Assembly (NCBI GenBank): GCA_040752415.1
Contig: JBFMGU010000002.1
Location: 37,294-101,293 of the forward strand
Length of the DNA stretch: 64,000 nucleotides
Reading direction: 5' to 3'
From: Myxococcota bacterium
GTDB lineage: Bacteria > Myxococcota > JACRCW01
The position numbers were made by a program, and so were the translations under genes. How positions within the stretch are numbered: the first letter of the stretch is position 1; the number at the start of each line of letters is the position of its first letter. The notes beneath the pieces are model-generated. The model saw only the letters and a list, made by a program, of their open reading frames with translations. It was not told the DNA's origin and made no database searches. Shown here in pieces: positions 44,761 through 54,567 of the stretch.

Positions 44761-46073
44761 GTGACAGCGCTCCATTTGTTGCAGTTGTCCTCGCACTGGT
44801 CGTTGGCTGTCAGGCGTGCAGGTCGTCAGGTGGTGCCTCTGATGCAGCGGCGCTTGATTCGTCATCTTCGGCAGCCAAGCGCCTTGCTCTTTCCGACCCC
44901 GCTGGTGCTCACGGCGACGCGTCCAGAATCGACGACGTTGTCCGCAAGGCGCAACAACACGTGCAGTCATCCGCCGAGGCACCCCCCCAAGGATGGGTCG
45001 ATGTCGGCCATGCATGGGTTCGCAAGGCGCGCGAGTCCTTTGACCCCGTCTACTACCTCCACGCCAACGCCGCCGCCGACGTGGCGCTTAGCCTGGACCC
45101 GAAGCACCGCGATGCGATGAACCTCAAGGGCCTCGTGCTGCTCAACGACCACAAGTTCACCGACGCGCGGGACATGGCCCGCCACGTCCTGAGCCTGGAC
45201 CCCGACAACCCGGTGGCGCTCGGCACGCTCAGCGACGCACTCATGGAGCTCGGCGACTTCCAGGGTGCCGCGGAGGCCGCGCAGAAGATGATGGACCTGA
45301 AGCCCAACCTGCCGGCGTACAGTCGCGCGTCATACATGCGCTGGCTGCAGGGCGACGTGGGCGCGGCCATCATCCTCGCCCGTCAGGCCATCGACGCCGC
45401 GGGCAAGGCCGGTGAGCAGGCCGCCTGGGTCCTCTCCGACGCTGCCATGCTCTTCTGGCACAAAGGCGACTACGCCGGCGCCGACGCGGGATTCGACATG
45501 GCGCTCACGCAGTTCGTCGACCACCCGTATCCCCTGGCCGGCAGGGCGCGCGTGGCCATGGCGAAAGGGGACTACGCGCGCGCCGCGCAGTTCGCCGAGA
45601 AGGCGTACCAGAAGCAGCCCACCGCCGAGCACGCCTGGCTCCTCGGCGACGCCCACGCCGCGGCCGGAGACGAAGCGCGCGCGAAAGAGGCCTATGCGGA
45701 GGTGGTGAAGCACGGCAAGGCCGGTGACAAGCGCACGCTCGCACTCTTCTACGCCACGCAGAACCACGACATCGAGGAGGCCCTGCGCCTCATCACCGAC
45801 GAGCTCAAGAGCCGCGGTGACATCTACACGCACGACGCGCACGCGTGGGTCCTCTACCGTGCGGGGAAGTTCCCCGAGGCCAAGGCCGCCGTCGAGAAGG
45901 CATTGCAGCACGGGACGCAGGACGCGCGGTTGCTGTTCCACGCCGGCGCCATCCACCTCGCCAGTGGTGAGAAGGAGAAGGGCCGCAAGCTGCTGCAGGA
46001 TGCGTTGAAACTGAATCCCAGGTTCGACTGGACGGGGGCCCGGGAAGCGGAACAGTTGCTCGCCGCCAAGTAG
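44757..46073 (+). CDS. TPR-repeat lipoprotein
   Basis: VVGC lipobox-like; ATGA overlap; TPR helices; KPNL..YSRASY.R.L.GD and DIYTHDAHAW.LY patterns. Confidence 0.85.
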   Translation: MSDSAPFVAVVLALVVGCQACRSSGGASDAAALDSSSSAAKRLALSDPAGAHGDASRIDDVVRKAQQHVQSSAEAPPQGWVDVGHAWVRKARESFDPVYYLHANAAADVALSLDPKHRDAMNLKGLVLLNDHKFTDARDMARHVLSLDPDNPVALGTLSDALMELGDFQGAAEAAQKMMDLKPNLPAYSRASYMRWLQGDVGAAIILARQAIDAAGKAGEQAAWVLSDAAMLFWHKGDYAGADAGFDMALTQFVDHPYPLAGRARVAMAKGDYARAAQFAEKAYQKQPTAEHAWLLGDAHAAAGDEARAKEAYAEVVKHGKAGDKRTLALFYATQNHDIEEALRLITDELKSRGDIYTHDAHAWVLYRAGKFPEAKAAVEKALQHGTQDARLLFHAGAIHLASGEKEKGRKLLQDALKLNPRFDWTGAREAEQLLAAK

Positions 46074-46117
46074 GCCAACGCTTGCCTTGTCGTCGCTGAC
46101 GCGGCAACGTCGCCGTC

Positions 46118-46387
46118 ATGCCCGCGAACAACGCGTTTGACCGTGACTTCGGCTACCTGATGCCCTTCCTGGACAAGCTGGAAGCCCACGCGCGCGGCCT
46201 CAGCGACGCTGCCGCCCGCGACGAGCTGCTCGGCCTGCTCTCCGGCGAGAAGGAACGGTTCACGCGCATTCGCGGCCTGCTCGGGGGCGCGGCACCTACA
46301 TCGACGTCGTCGCCCGCGGCGCAGCCCATGCAGCCCGCAAAACCTGCTTTCACGGTGGGAAACCTGACCTCCCGCAAGCGCCCCTGA
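46118..46387 (+). CDS. Small hypothetical protein
   Basis: 89-aa ORF with host-like codon use in a gap between plus-strand genes. Confidence 0.6.
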   Translation: MPANNAFDRDFGYLMPFLDKLEAHARGLSDAAARDELLGLLSGEKERFTRIRGLLGGAAPTSTSSPAAQPMQPAKPAFTVGNLTSRKRP

Positions 46388-46413
46388 ACGCGCGGCCTGG
46401 TATCTTGCGCGGC

Positions 46414-49400
46414 ATGCGCGCGTCTTTCAGCGGTGGAATCCGGGTCGGGGTCGCGGTCGCGTGGGTGATGGTCTCCGTGGCCTGCGACAACGCTCCCAGC
46501 GGTGAAGCAGGCTCGTCCTGTCAGTCGGACAACGAGTGCGGTGATGGTCTCTCGTGCGTCGAGAGCATCTGTTCCGAGGGACCCATCAACGTCATCGGAG
46601 ACGGCGGCGTTCAGCAGGGCAGCAGCGGGTCCTCGAGCAGCGGTGGCTCCAGTGCGTTGACGTCGTCGAGCAGCGGCGCGTCGAGCAGCGGCGGCGCGTC
46701 ATCCACCGTCTCGGGTGCGTCCAGCTCCAGCGCCGCGACGTCCGGCGTGTCCTCGTCGGCCGGGAACGGCGGTGCAAGTTCGGGGGTTGCGTCCTCGTCG
46801 TCGGGAACGGCGTCGGCTTCCGGCGGCTCCTCCTCCAGCACTGCATCGGCTGTTTCGTCGTCGAGCGGAGGGATTTCGGGCGGAAGCAGCGCATCCGTCG
46901 GGTCCAGCGCCTCGTCGTCAGCGCAGGGGAGCACGGGCGGTGCCTCGAGTGCGTCGTCCTCCGGGAGCGTCGCAAGCTCGTCGAGCGGAGGCACCGTCAC
47001 GGGCACATCTAGCAGCAGCGCGGACGCCACGAGCTCCTCCACCAGCACCTCCTCCGCCAGCAGCTCCTCCGGGTCTCCCGACGGAGGCGCGGGTACACCG
47101 GATGCTGGTTGCGCCGGGCCGGTCTGCGCGGGCGCGTGCTGTCAGGCCGCCCAGGTGTGCGGCCCCGTCAGCGGCGAGTGCGTCAACCCCTGTCCGACGG
47201 GAAACTACTGCGGCCCGTACGACGCCTGCTGCGCCGCGGACGAGTTCTGCCATCCCCAGACGCTGACCTGCGAGGGCGAATGCGCGCCCGGTGTGCCGCC
47301 CTGCGGCGCCCAGTGTTGCGACGCCGGTACCCTCTGTGACGTCGCCACCAACACCTGCGTTCCCACCTGCGACGCGCCCCGTGTCACCTGCGGTTCCGCG
47401 TGTTGCGACGTGGACGAGGTCTGCGACGTCGCCACGCGGACATGCAATCCCTCCTGCCCGGCCAGTCAGCAGTGCGGCCCGGTCTGTTGCCCGGCGTCCC
47501 AGGTGTGCGCTCCCACCACGGGCGTGTGCGTCAATCCGTGCCCCACCGAGTTCTGCGGTCCCGCCGACGAGTGCTGCGCGGGAGGAACCCGTTGCATCGA
47601 CAATGCGTGCCTCACCGACGTGGGCGGCTGCACCACCGACAACGAGTGCCAGGGCGACAGCTACTGCTACAGCGGCACCTGCATCCCCTACGACGAGGGT
47701 CCGCGCGCCAACGGCACCACGCCGGAATGCACGCGCCTGGTCCCGCTGGGCTTGTTCGCACCGACCATCCAATGTGAATGGGCCGGTCCGCCGCCCGCTG
47801 ACCCGTTCCCCTCCCACGCCAACGTGCTCGTCACGCCGCTGGTCATGGACTTCGACTTCGACAACGACCCCACCACGCTGCATCCGTCGGTGGTGTTCAC
47901 CACGTACAACTTCACCGACGGCAGCCAGGAGGCGTGCGCGGGCATCGACAACCGCTACTACGGCGTCATCCGGATCATCGACGGCAACACGTGCCAGACC
48001 CAGTTCACGCTGGCCGACCACAAGGTCATCGGCTCGGGCACGCCGGCCATCGCGGACCTGGATGGCGACGGAAGGCCCGAGATCATCGCGCCGCGCGCCG
48101 ATCCCGACGGTGCGGGAGCCGCGGTGGGCGGTGGCATCGTCATCTACCGCTACAACGCGGGCACGGGGCAGTGGACCTCCACGCTGGGCACCACCACGAC
48201 GGGGGCCACGAGCACGTGGGCGTCGGGGCGCTGCAACTGGGCCGGGGTGAGCGTGTTTGACGTCGACGGCGCAGCGGATGGGCGACCGGAGATCGTGCTG
48301 GGCGGGTACGTGTACCGTCACACTGGGGTGGAACACGCCGCGGGGCCGGGTTGGCTGACCACGCCGAGCACTGGCCAGATCCCGGTGGTGCTCAACGTCG
48401 ACGGGGATGCCGAGCTGGAGCTGGTGAGCGGGGACCGCATCTACCGCTGGGACGGCACGCTGGGCTTCACGCCCGAGGCGTATTCCCCGACGGGGATGGC
48501 GGGCGGGTTCGTGGCGGTGGCGGATTTCGGGAGCTTCGAGTTGACGCCGGGTGTTCCGGATCCGGGCTACCCGGAAGTCGTCACCGTCGGCGCGGGGAAC
48601 GTCACGGTGCGCACCATCCACGGGCGCGTGGTGTTCGGCCCGGTCGCGTTGCCCACGCCGCCGGGGTACCGCTGCAGCGCCACCGTCGGACGTGGTTACG
48701 GCGGCCCGCCCACCATCGGCGACTTCGACGGCGACGGTGTACCGGAGATTGCCGTTGCGGGCGCGGGTGCCTACGCGGTGTTCGACCTCTTCGAGTGTGC
48801 CGGCCCCACCGTTCCTGCGGGCTGCTACGACGTGGGAATCCGCTGGGCCACGCTGAGCCAGGACTGCTCCTCCAACCGCACCGGGTCCAGCATCTTCGAC
48901 TTCGAAGCGGATGGCCGCGTGGAAGCGGTCTACGCCGACGAGTGTTACGCACGCGTCTACGACGGCGTGACCGGCGAGGTGCTGTTCAGCCAGGCCCACT
49001 CCAGCTGCACGTGGTACGAGAACGTGATCGTCGCCGACACCGACGGTGACTACCGCAGCGACCTCCTGGTTCCCTCCAACACCAACTGCACCGTCTCCTG
49101 CGCGGCGGTGGACCCCGTGCACCCGGGCCTGCGCTGCGAGACGGACGCGGACTGTCCCGCGTTCACGGGTTGTGTTGCCGGGTACTGTCGCTGCAGCACC
49201 AACCAGGATTGTCCCGCCAACAGCGGGCTGCGCTGTGAGCCACCGCTTGCCGGGACGCCGGGGAGCGGGAACGTGTGTCGGGCGTATCACCAGGGGAGCG
49301 TGTCCGGTGTGCGCATCTACCGCGACATCCAGGACCGCTGGGTGAACTCGCGCGCGGTGTGGAACCAGCACGCGTACTTCGTCACCAACATCGACGACGA

Positions 49401-49857
49401 CGGCGTGGTTCCGCCTGCCGGCAGCATCGCGCACAACTGGGCCACGCCCGGGCTCAACAACTTCCGCCAGAACGTGCAGGGTAACCTGGACCCATTGGCG
49501 TCACCCGACCTCACCTCGCGTGCGGGTGGCCAGGTGGTGGACTGCAGCAGCGGGTCGGCCACGCTGGGAGTGGCGGTGTGCAATCGCGGCGCGGCGCCCA
49601 TTGCCGCGGGCCTGCCGGTGGCGTTCTACCTGGGTGACCCGCGCCAGGGCGGAACGTTGGCCTGCACCACCACCACCGCCTCCAGCGTGACACCCACCGC
49701 GTGCCTCACGGTGACCTGCGCCATCCCCGTCCCGCCCAGCGGCTCGGTGGACGTCTGGGTACGCGCCGACGACGACGGGAGCGGCACCGGGGAGGCTTCG
49801 GAGTGCTTTGAGGACAACAACCTGGCGCGCTTCCCGGAGCTCACCTGCGACGGATGA
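46414..49857 (+). CDS. Cys-rich lipoprotein with FG-GAP/VCBS propeller repeats and C-terminal CARDB/Ig-like domain
   Basis: VSVAC lipobox; Ser tract; CG..CC repeats; ADLDGDGRPEI, DFDGDGVPEI, DFEADGRVEAVYADE, WNQHAY.VTN, EC.EDNN. Confidence 0.85.
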   Translation: MRASFSGGIRVGVAVAWVMVSVACDNAPSGEAGSSCQSDNECGDGLSCVESICSEGPINVIGDGGVQQGSSGSSSSGGSSALTSSSSGASSSGGASSTVSGASSSSAATSGVSSSAGNGGASSGVASSSSGTASASGGSSSSTASAVSSSSGGISGGSSASVGSSASSSAQGSTGGASSASSSGSVASSSSGGTVTGTSSSSADATSSSTSTSSASSSSGSPDGGAGTPDAGCAGPVCAGACCQAAQVCGPVSGECVNPCPTGNYCGPYDACCAADEFCHPQTLTCEGECAPGVPPCGAQCCDAGTLCDVATNTCVPTCDAPRVTCGSACCDVDEVCDVATRTCNPSCPASQQCGPVCCPASQVCAPTTGVCVNPCPTEFCGPADECCAGGTRCIDNACLTDVGGCTTDNECQGDSYCYSGTCIPYDEGPRANGTTPECTRLVPLGLFAPTIQCEWAGPPPADPFPSHANVLVTPLVMDFDFDNDPTTLHPSVVFTTYNFTDGSQEACAGIDNRYYGVIRIIDGNTCQTQFTLADHKVIGSGTPAIADLDGDGRPEIIAPRADPDGAGAAVGGGIVIYRYNAGTGQWTSTLGTTTTGATSTWASGRCNWAGVSVFDVDGAADGRPEIVLGGYVYRHTGVEHAAGPGWLTTPSTGQIPVVLNVDGDAELELVSGDRIYRWDGTLGFTPEAYSPTGMAGGFVAVADFGSFELTPGVPDPGYPEVVTVGAGNVTVRTIHGRVVFGPVALPTPPGYRCSATVGRGYGGPPTIGDFDGDGVPEIAVAGAGAYAVFDLFECAGPTVPAGCYDVGIRWATLSQDCSSNRTGSSIFDFEADGRVEAVYADECYARVYDGVTGEVLFSQAHSSCTWYENVIVADTDGDYRSDLLVPSNTNCTVSCAAVDPVHPGLRCETDADCPAFTGCVAGYCRCSTNQDCPANSGLRCEPPLAGTPGSGNVCRAYHQGSVSGVRIYRDIQDRWVNSRAVWNQHAYFVTNIDDDGVVPPAGSIAHNWATPGLNNFRQNVQGNLDPLASPDLTSRAGGQVVDCSSGSATLGVAVCNRGAAPIAAGLPVAFYLGDPRQGGTLACTTTTASSVTPTACLTVTCAIPVPPSGSVDVWVRADDDGSGTGEASECFEDNNLARFPELTCDG

Positions 49858-49891
49858 AGGTGTTGAAGAACGGGACGCGCCTGCGCCAACG

Positions 49892-50797
49892 CTATGCCGC
49901 CGGCCAGAGCCACGCCGCGCCTCGCACACCGCTGGAATCCCCGTGCGTGGGTGGCCGGAGCGCGGTGTCGACGGCGTCGGAGAACACGTAGCGACCCCAG
50001 ATGTTGGGCACGTTGGTGTACAGGCGCTTCACGTTGCTCATGCCCCCCGCGAGGACGATGACGTCGGGATCCAGCACGTTGATGATGGTGCCGAGCGCAC
50101 GCGCCAGCCGGTCCTCGTAGCGTCGCAGCATTTTCTCCGCGGTGCCGTCGCCCTGTTCCGCCAGTTGCACGATCTCCGGCGCGCTTCGCGGCCGTCCGCT
50201 GCTGGCCTGGTACTCCCGCTCAAGCGCGGGCCCGGAGAGGAACGTCTCGATGCATCCGTGTCGACCGCAGTAGCAGCGCGGACCGGGAATCTCGTCGGGG
50301 AGCGGGGCGGGCAGCGGGTTGTGCCCCCATTCACCGCCAATGTGGTTCCGTCCCGTCAGCACCGCGCCGTTGAACACCACGCCGCCGCCCACGCCAGTTC
50401 CCAGGATGACGCCGAAGACGCAGCGCGCTCCCGCGCCACTCCCGTCGGACGCTTCGGAGAGGGCCATGCAGTTGGCGTCGTTCTCGAGCCGCACGGGACG
50501 ACCGAGCGCGGCTTCCAGGTCCTTGTCCAGCGGGTGACCGATGAGGCACACGCTGTTGGCATTTTTCACCAGGCCGGTGCGCGGCGAGATGATTCCGGGA
50601 ATGCCCACGCCGACGCTGCCGCGCGCTCCCAGCTCCCGCTCCATCCCCGTGACCAGCGAGACGATGCCCCGCACCGTTCCTTCGTAGTCGCCCTGTGGCG
50701 TGGGAACGCGTCGTCGGAGGAGCTCTCTCCCGTCGGCGCCGAGGGCCAGCGCTTCGATCTTCGTCCCGCCCAGGTCCACGCCGATGCGCAGGCTCAT
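49892..50797 (-). CDS. ROK family sugar kinase (Mak/fructokinase-like)
   Basis: GVDLGGTKIE, ENDANC.ALSE, GTGVGGG, GEWGH, CYCGRHGCIE, HGDSSGVRGAA. Confidence 0.9.
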   Translation of the reverse strand: MSLRIGVDLGGTKIEALALGADGRELLRRRVPTPQGDYEGTVRGIVSLVTGMERELGARGSVGVGIPGIISPRTGLVKNANSVCLIGHPLDKDLEAALGRPVRLENDANCMALSEASDGSGAGARCVFGVILGTGVGGGVVFNGAVLTGRNHIGGEWGHNPLPAPLPDEIPGPRCYCGRHGCIETFLSGPALEREYQASSGRPRSAPEIVQLAEQGDGTAEKMLRRYEDRLARALGTIINVLDPDVIVLAGGMSNVKRLYTNVPNIWGRYVFSDAVDTALRPPTHGDSSGVRGAAWLWPAA

Positions 50798-50801
50798 GCC
50801 T

Positions 50802-51578
50802 TCACACTTCAATGCGCATCCAGAAGACCCGCGACTCTCCCGGTGCAATCTCCGCGCGCTTCTCGGTGTTGATCGTGTTGTTGGGCCCATAGAACGGCTC
50901 CAGGCACACGAAGTCCCGCCCCGGCAGCGACCAGAACTGCAGGAACCTCATCTCCGGCGAGAAGCTCAGGGTCATCTTCCCCATCCCCGGCACCTCGAAC
51001 CGCGCGCGACCATTGGCCGGCGCGGTGATGCCGAAGTCGAACTCCACGTCGTCGACGAACTTCTCCGGCGGAAATCCCGCCGCATCACACTTCACCGCCC
51101 CCTTCTGCTTCGCGGGGCAGTTGAAATACGGGTGCCACCCCGGCGACACCGGCATCACCCGGCTCCCCCGGTTGGTCACCAACATCTCCACGTTCAGCCC
51201 GCGCGGCAGCAGCATCACCGTCTGCTCCACCGTGAACTCGTGCGGGTAGACCGCGCGCGTCTCGACGTCGGGTTGCAGGATGAGGGTGACCTTGTGGTCC
51301 AGGCGCTCCCCCACCGCCCACGCCCGGTTGCGACCGAACCCGTGCTGCTTCATCACGCTGCCCGCGTGGACCAGCGTGTCCTGCACCAGTCGTCCGGCAA
51401 ACGGGAAGAGGATGGGAATCCCGCCGCGCACGCTCTTGCTGGGATCCTCGAGCGTGGTGCGGTCCATGAAGAGGACGTCCGTCGGTCCCACCTGCAGCCG
51501 CGACACCAACGCGCCGCGCGCGGGAACCACCTCCGCAACGACGTCACCATGCCTCAGCGTGATGCTCTCCACTGCCAT
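50802..51578 (-). CDS. Aldose 1-epimerase family protein
   Basis: RGGIPILFPFAGRL, QHGFGR, GWHPYF, FVCLEP; GGAGG RBS. Confidence 0.9.
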   Translation of the reverse strand: MAVESITLRHGDVVAEVVPARGALVSRLQVGPTDVLFMDRTTLEDPSKSVRGGIPILFPFAGRLVQDTLVHAGSVMKQHGFGRNRAWAVGERLDHKVTLILQPDVETRAVYPHEFTVEQTVMLLPRGLNVEMLVTNRGSRVMPVSPGWHPYFNCPAKQKGAVKCDAAGFPPEKFVDDVEFDFGITAPANGRARFEVPGMGKMTLSFSPEMRFLQFWSLPGRDFVCLEPFYGPNNTINTEKRAEIAPGESRVFWMRIEV

Positions 51579-51653
51579 GGCAGCCTCCCGGGTTCGATCC
51601 ATGATCGTGGCCCCAACACCGCACCGCAACGGAATCATCCGTCTCGCGCACGC

Positions 51654-52709
51654 TCACGGCTTGGCCGGTTGTTTCAGCTTGGGAAGGGGTGTGCGCAACG
51701 GCGTGAAGGCCGCGGGTTTGCACTGCATGCCGCACGTTCCCACTCCCGCGTCGTCGTGGAGGCATGCGCCCTTGCACTCCGCGCTCTCGGTGCAGCGCTC
51801 GCCGGGGCCCTTGAGCATGGCGCAGAACCCGCCCACGCAGCGCGCTTCTCCCTCGCAGCGGTTGTCGCCGCACGGTTCTCCCAGCTTGGCCACGCCCCCG
51901 GCGACGCACTTGCGTGCCACGCAGCGGTGTCCCTTGGCGCACTGCAGCGACGTGTTGCATTCCCCGCCCGCGGCCACCGGCGGCACGCAGCGGTTGCGGT
52001 TGCAGTACCCGTCGGCGCAGGCGGGACGTTCGGTCTCCAGGGTGGTCTGCTTCGCGTACACCATCAGCGGGTCCACGCTGGTGCCGCACGGGCTTCCCGT
52101 CGGCCCCGGTGGCGCGCAGCGGCCCCGCTCCGTCGGGCCCACGCCCGCGCACACGTTCGGCGCCACGCACTCCAGCGTCGAGCGACATTCCGCGCCCGTG
52201 GCCAGCCTGCCCAGCAGGATGCCCTGGCACTCGTCGGGAATGAGCGAGCGCGGGTTGCCCACCCAGTCACAGCCCGCGTGCTCGCGTTGCAGCGCGGCCT
52301 CGCACCCGTCCACGGATTTCTCGTCGAGGGTGAGTGCCTTGCTGTTGAGCGCGAACGTCAGCATGCGCACGCACTCCTTCCACAACGGCAGCATCTTCCC
52401 GCCCGCCTTGCAGCACTCCTGGCGACGTTGGAACGGGATCTCGTGCAGCGCGCGACACAAGCGCTCCGCCAATGCGCTGGGCGGGCCCGCGTCCAGGGGA
52501 TAGACCGGCTGCACCGGCTCGTCGGGACCGCTGAGGGCGTCCTTGAGCATGGCGCGCTCTTCCGGGCTGACGTCGGCGGGGATGGGGATGGGCGGTTCAG
52601 CCTGGGCGGGTGCGGAGGCGGGTGCGGGTGACTCCCCGCGCTTGCAGTCCTTGCAGCCCACGACGGTGACGGCCAGGGCGGTGAGCAACAGCAGGCGGTG
52701 GGTGCTCAT
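51654..52709 (-). CDS. Cys-rich lipoprotein
   Basis: VVGC lipobox; repeated G..C.....C..G..C....C modules. Confidence 0.75.
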   Translation of the reverse strand: MSTHRLLLLTALAVTVVGCKDCKRGESPAPASAPAQAEPPIPIPADVSPEERAMLKDALSGPDEPVQPVYPLDAGPPSALAERLCRALHEIPFQRRQECCKAGGKMLPLWKECVRMLTFALNSKALTLDEKSVDGCEAALQREHAGCDWVGNPRSLIPDECQGILLGRLATGAECRSTLECVAPNVCAGVGPTERGRCAPPGPTGSPCGTSVDPLMVYAKQTTLETERPACADGYCNRNRCVPPVAAGGECNTSLQCAKGHRCVARKCVAGGVAKLGEPCGDNRCEGEARCVGGFCAMLKGPGERCTESAECKGACLHDDAGVGTCGMQCKPAAFTPLRTPLPKLKQPAKP

Positions 52710-52852
52710 GACGGAGCGGACCTTGCCCACCGTCAGCGTCGCGGGTCAAGCCAGGGAGTTTGACGCCGGGCACCCCTTCTGGGTAACGCCATGCCCACCC
52801 GAGCCTGCCACCGGGCGCAGCGTCTTTCGACGTCGCCCGTACCGGATTGCCC

Positions 52853-54400
52853 ATGACCACCGCCAGCGAGAGGCCCGCCGAGGACCCCGACAAGCTCCTC
52901 TCACCGTTCTCGAGGGAGTTCTGGCTGGGGCACACGGACCTCCGACCCGTCGCCATCTTCCGCATCCTGCTGGGCCTCATCACGGTCCACGACATCCTGC
53001 GTCGCTTCCAGTACCTGGAGGAGTGGCACACGGATAACGGCGTGCTCCCGCGCATGGCGCTGGTCGAGGGGATTGCACGTCCGTGGCGCTTCAGCCTGCT
53101 GGACACCATGGGCACCACGCCGATGGTGGCGGTGTTCTTCGTCGTGGGGCTGATTGCGGCGGTATGCCTCACCATCGGGTTCCACACGCGGCTGGCCACG
53201 TTCGTGGCGTGGATCTTCGTCGTCAGCGTGCAGGAGCGGAACCTTGGCGTCACCGACAGCTCGGACACGCTGTTCCGCGTGATGCTGTTCTGGCTGATGT
53301 TCGCGCCGGCGGGCGCGGCCTATTCCATCGACCGCGCGCTGGACCCGGCGTCGGACAAACCGTGGCCGCCCCGAGGGAGCGCGGTGGCGCTGCGCATCAT
53401 GCAGGCCGAGCTCATCCTGCTCTACTTCATCACCAGCGTGGCCAAGAGCGGCGACCACTGGCGCGACGGCAGCGCCATCTACCGCACGCTGCAGGTCTAC
53501 GACTTCGCGCGGCCCACCGGCGAGTTCTTCGTGAAGTACCTGGGCGCGTTGAGCCGGCCCATGAGCTGGGGCTCGTTGGCGCTGGAGTTCTCCATCTGCT
53601 GCCTGCTGTGGGTGCCCAAGCTGCAGGTGCGCAAGCTCTTGCTGCTCTTCGCCGCGATGTTCCACCTCGGCATCGAGTTCTTCATGAACGTGGGCATGTT
53701 CAGCTTCATGATGCCCATGACCTACGCGGTGTTCCTGTGGCCCAGTGCGTGCGACTGGCTGGAGAAGCGCGCGCCGCGTTTCCGGGGCCTGGTGGCCTGG
53801 TTTGAGTCGACGGGGAAGACCTACCTGCCGGACCCACCGTCCAGCCACGTGGACTGGGTGGGGACGTGGAAGAACAAGCTGGCGCTGGGCGTGTGCGGGA
53901 CATTGTTCGGCATCATCCTGGCGGAGCAGCCACACGAGCTGAACAACCGCCTGCCACGCACGCCCATGCCCATGTGGGCCACCATGGAGACGCTCTCGTT
54001 GTGGCAGAACTGGCGCATGTTCGCGCCCAACCCGGTCTTCGACAGCGGACCGTGGACCGGCGAGGGCACGCTCACCGACGGGACCACCAAGGTGGACGTG
54101 CTGAGCTTTGGCGCGCCGGGATTGGCCAATCCGCCCGAGGGTCGCTGGTGGTATGAGCGGTGGCAGAAGTACCGGCTGCACATCCGCACGCCGGAGCAGC
54201 GCGGGTACCTGTTGTGGCTGGGGAAGTACCTGTGTCGTCGCTACAACAACACGCGCAGGCCGGGTGAGGCGCTGCTGGACAACTTCGAGTTGATCTATCA
54301 CCTGAAGAAGAGCCACGGCCCGGATGAGCCGGAGAACCCGGTGGTGCCCACGGTGATGTGGAAGCACTACTGCATCAAGGTCCCCGACGAGAAGAAGTAG
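52853..54400 (+). CDS. HTTM-domain membrane protein
   Basis: DLRP.AIFRI..G, GVLPR, G..TR, RN, SID, K....WRDGSA, FH.GI..FMNVG.F, QNWRMFAP, RWQKY. Confidence 0.8.
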   Translation: MTTASERPAEDPDKLLSPFSREFWLGHTDLRPVAIFRILLGLITVHDILRRFQYLEEWHTDNGVLPRMALVEGIARPWRFSLLDTMGTTPMVAVFFVVGLIAAVCLTIGFHTRLATFVAWIFVVSVQERNLGVTDSSDTLFRVMLFWLMFAPAGAAYSIDRALDPASDKPWPPRGSAVALRIMQAELILLYFITSVAKSGDHWRDGSAIYRTLQVYDFARPTGEFFVKYLGALSRPMSWGSLALEFSICCLLWVPKLQVRKLLLLFAAMFHLGIEFFMNVGMFSFMMPMTYAVFLWPSACDWLEKRAPRFRGLVAWFESTGKTYLPDPPSSHVDWVGTWKNKLALGVCGTLFGIILAEQPHELNNRLPRTPMPMWATMETLSLWQNWRMFAPNPVFDSGPWTGEGTLTDGTTKVDVLSFGAPGLANPPEGRWWYERWQKYRLHIRTPEQRGYLLWLGKYLCRRYNNTRRPGEALLDNFELIYHLKKSHGPDEPENPVVPTVMWKHYCIKVPDEKK

Positions 54401-54411
54401 GAACGAATCCG

Positions 54412-54564
54412 CACGACGACACCGCCGGGGTTCCAGTGTTGGGAATCGCCGCGTGCCGGCCACTCCGCTCAACCTGACACGCGGCCGGCACTTTCGGACT
54501 GCGGTATGAAGTACCGCTTTCCCTCGAGCCCGTTAGGTCGAGGGTTGGACAGATCGCCGTCGTG
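54412..54564 (+). ncRNA. Candidate structured RNA (five-stem junction with predicted kissing loop)
   Basis: Closing stem plus four internal hairpins filling a 167-bp gap between convergent genes; G-U pairs favour the plus strand. Confidence 0.45.
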
Positions 54565-54567
54565 GAA

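Noticed and set aside
51591..51600. GGTTCGATCC resembling a tRNA T-loop
   Set aside because: No T-stem or cloverleaf forms around it
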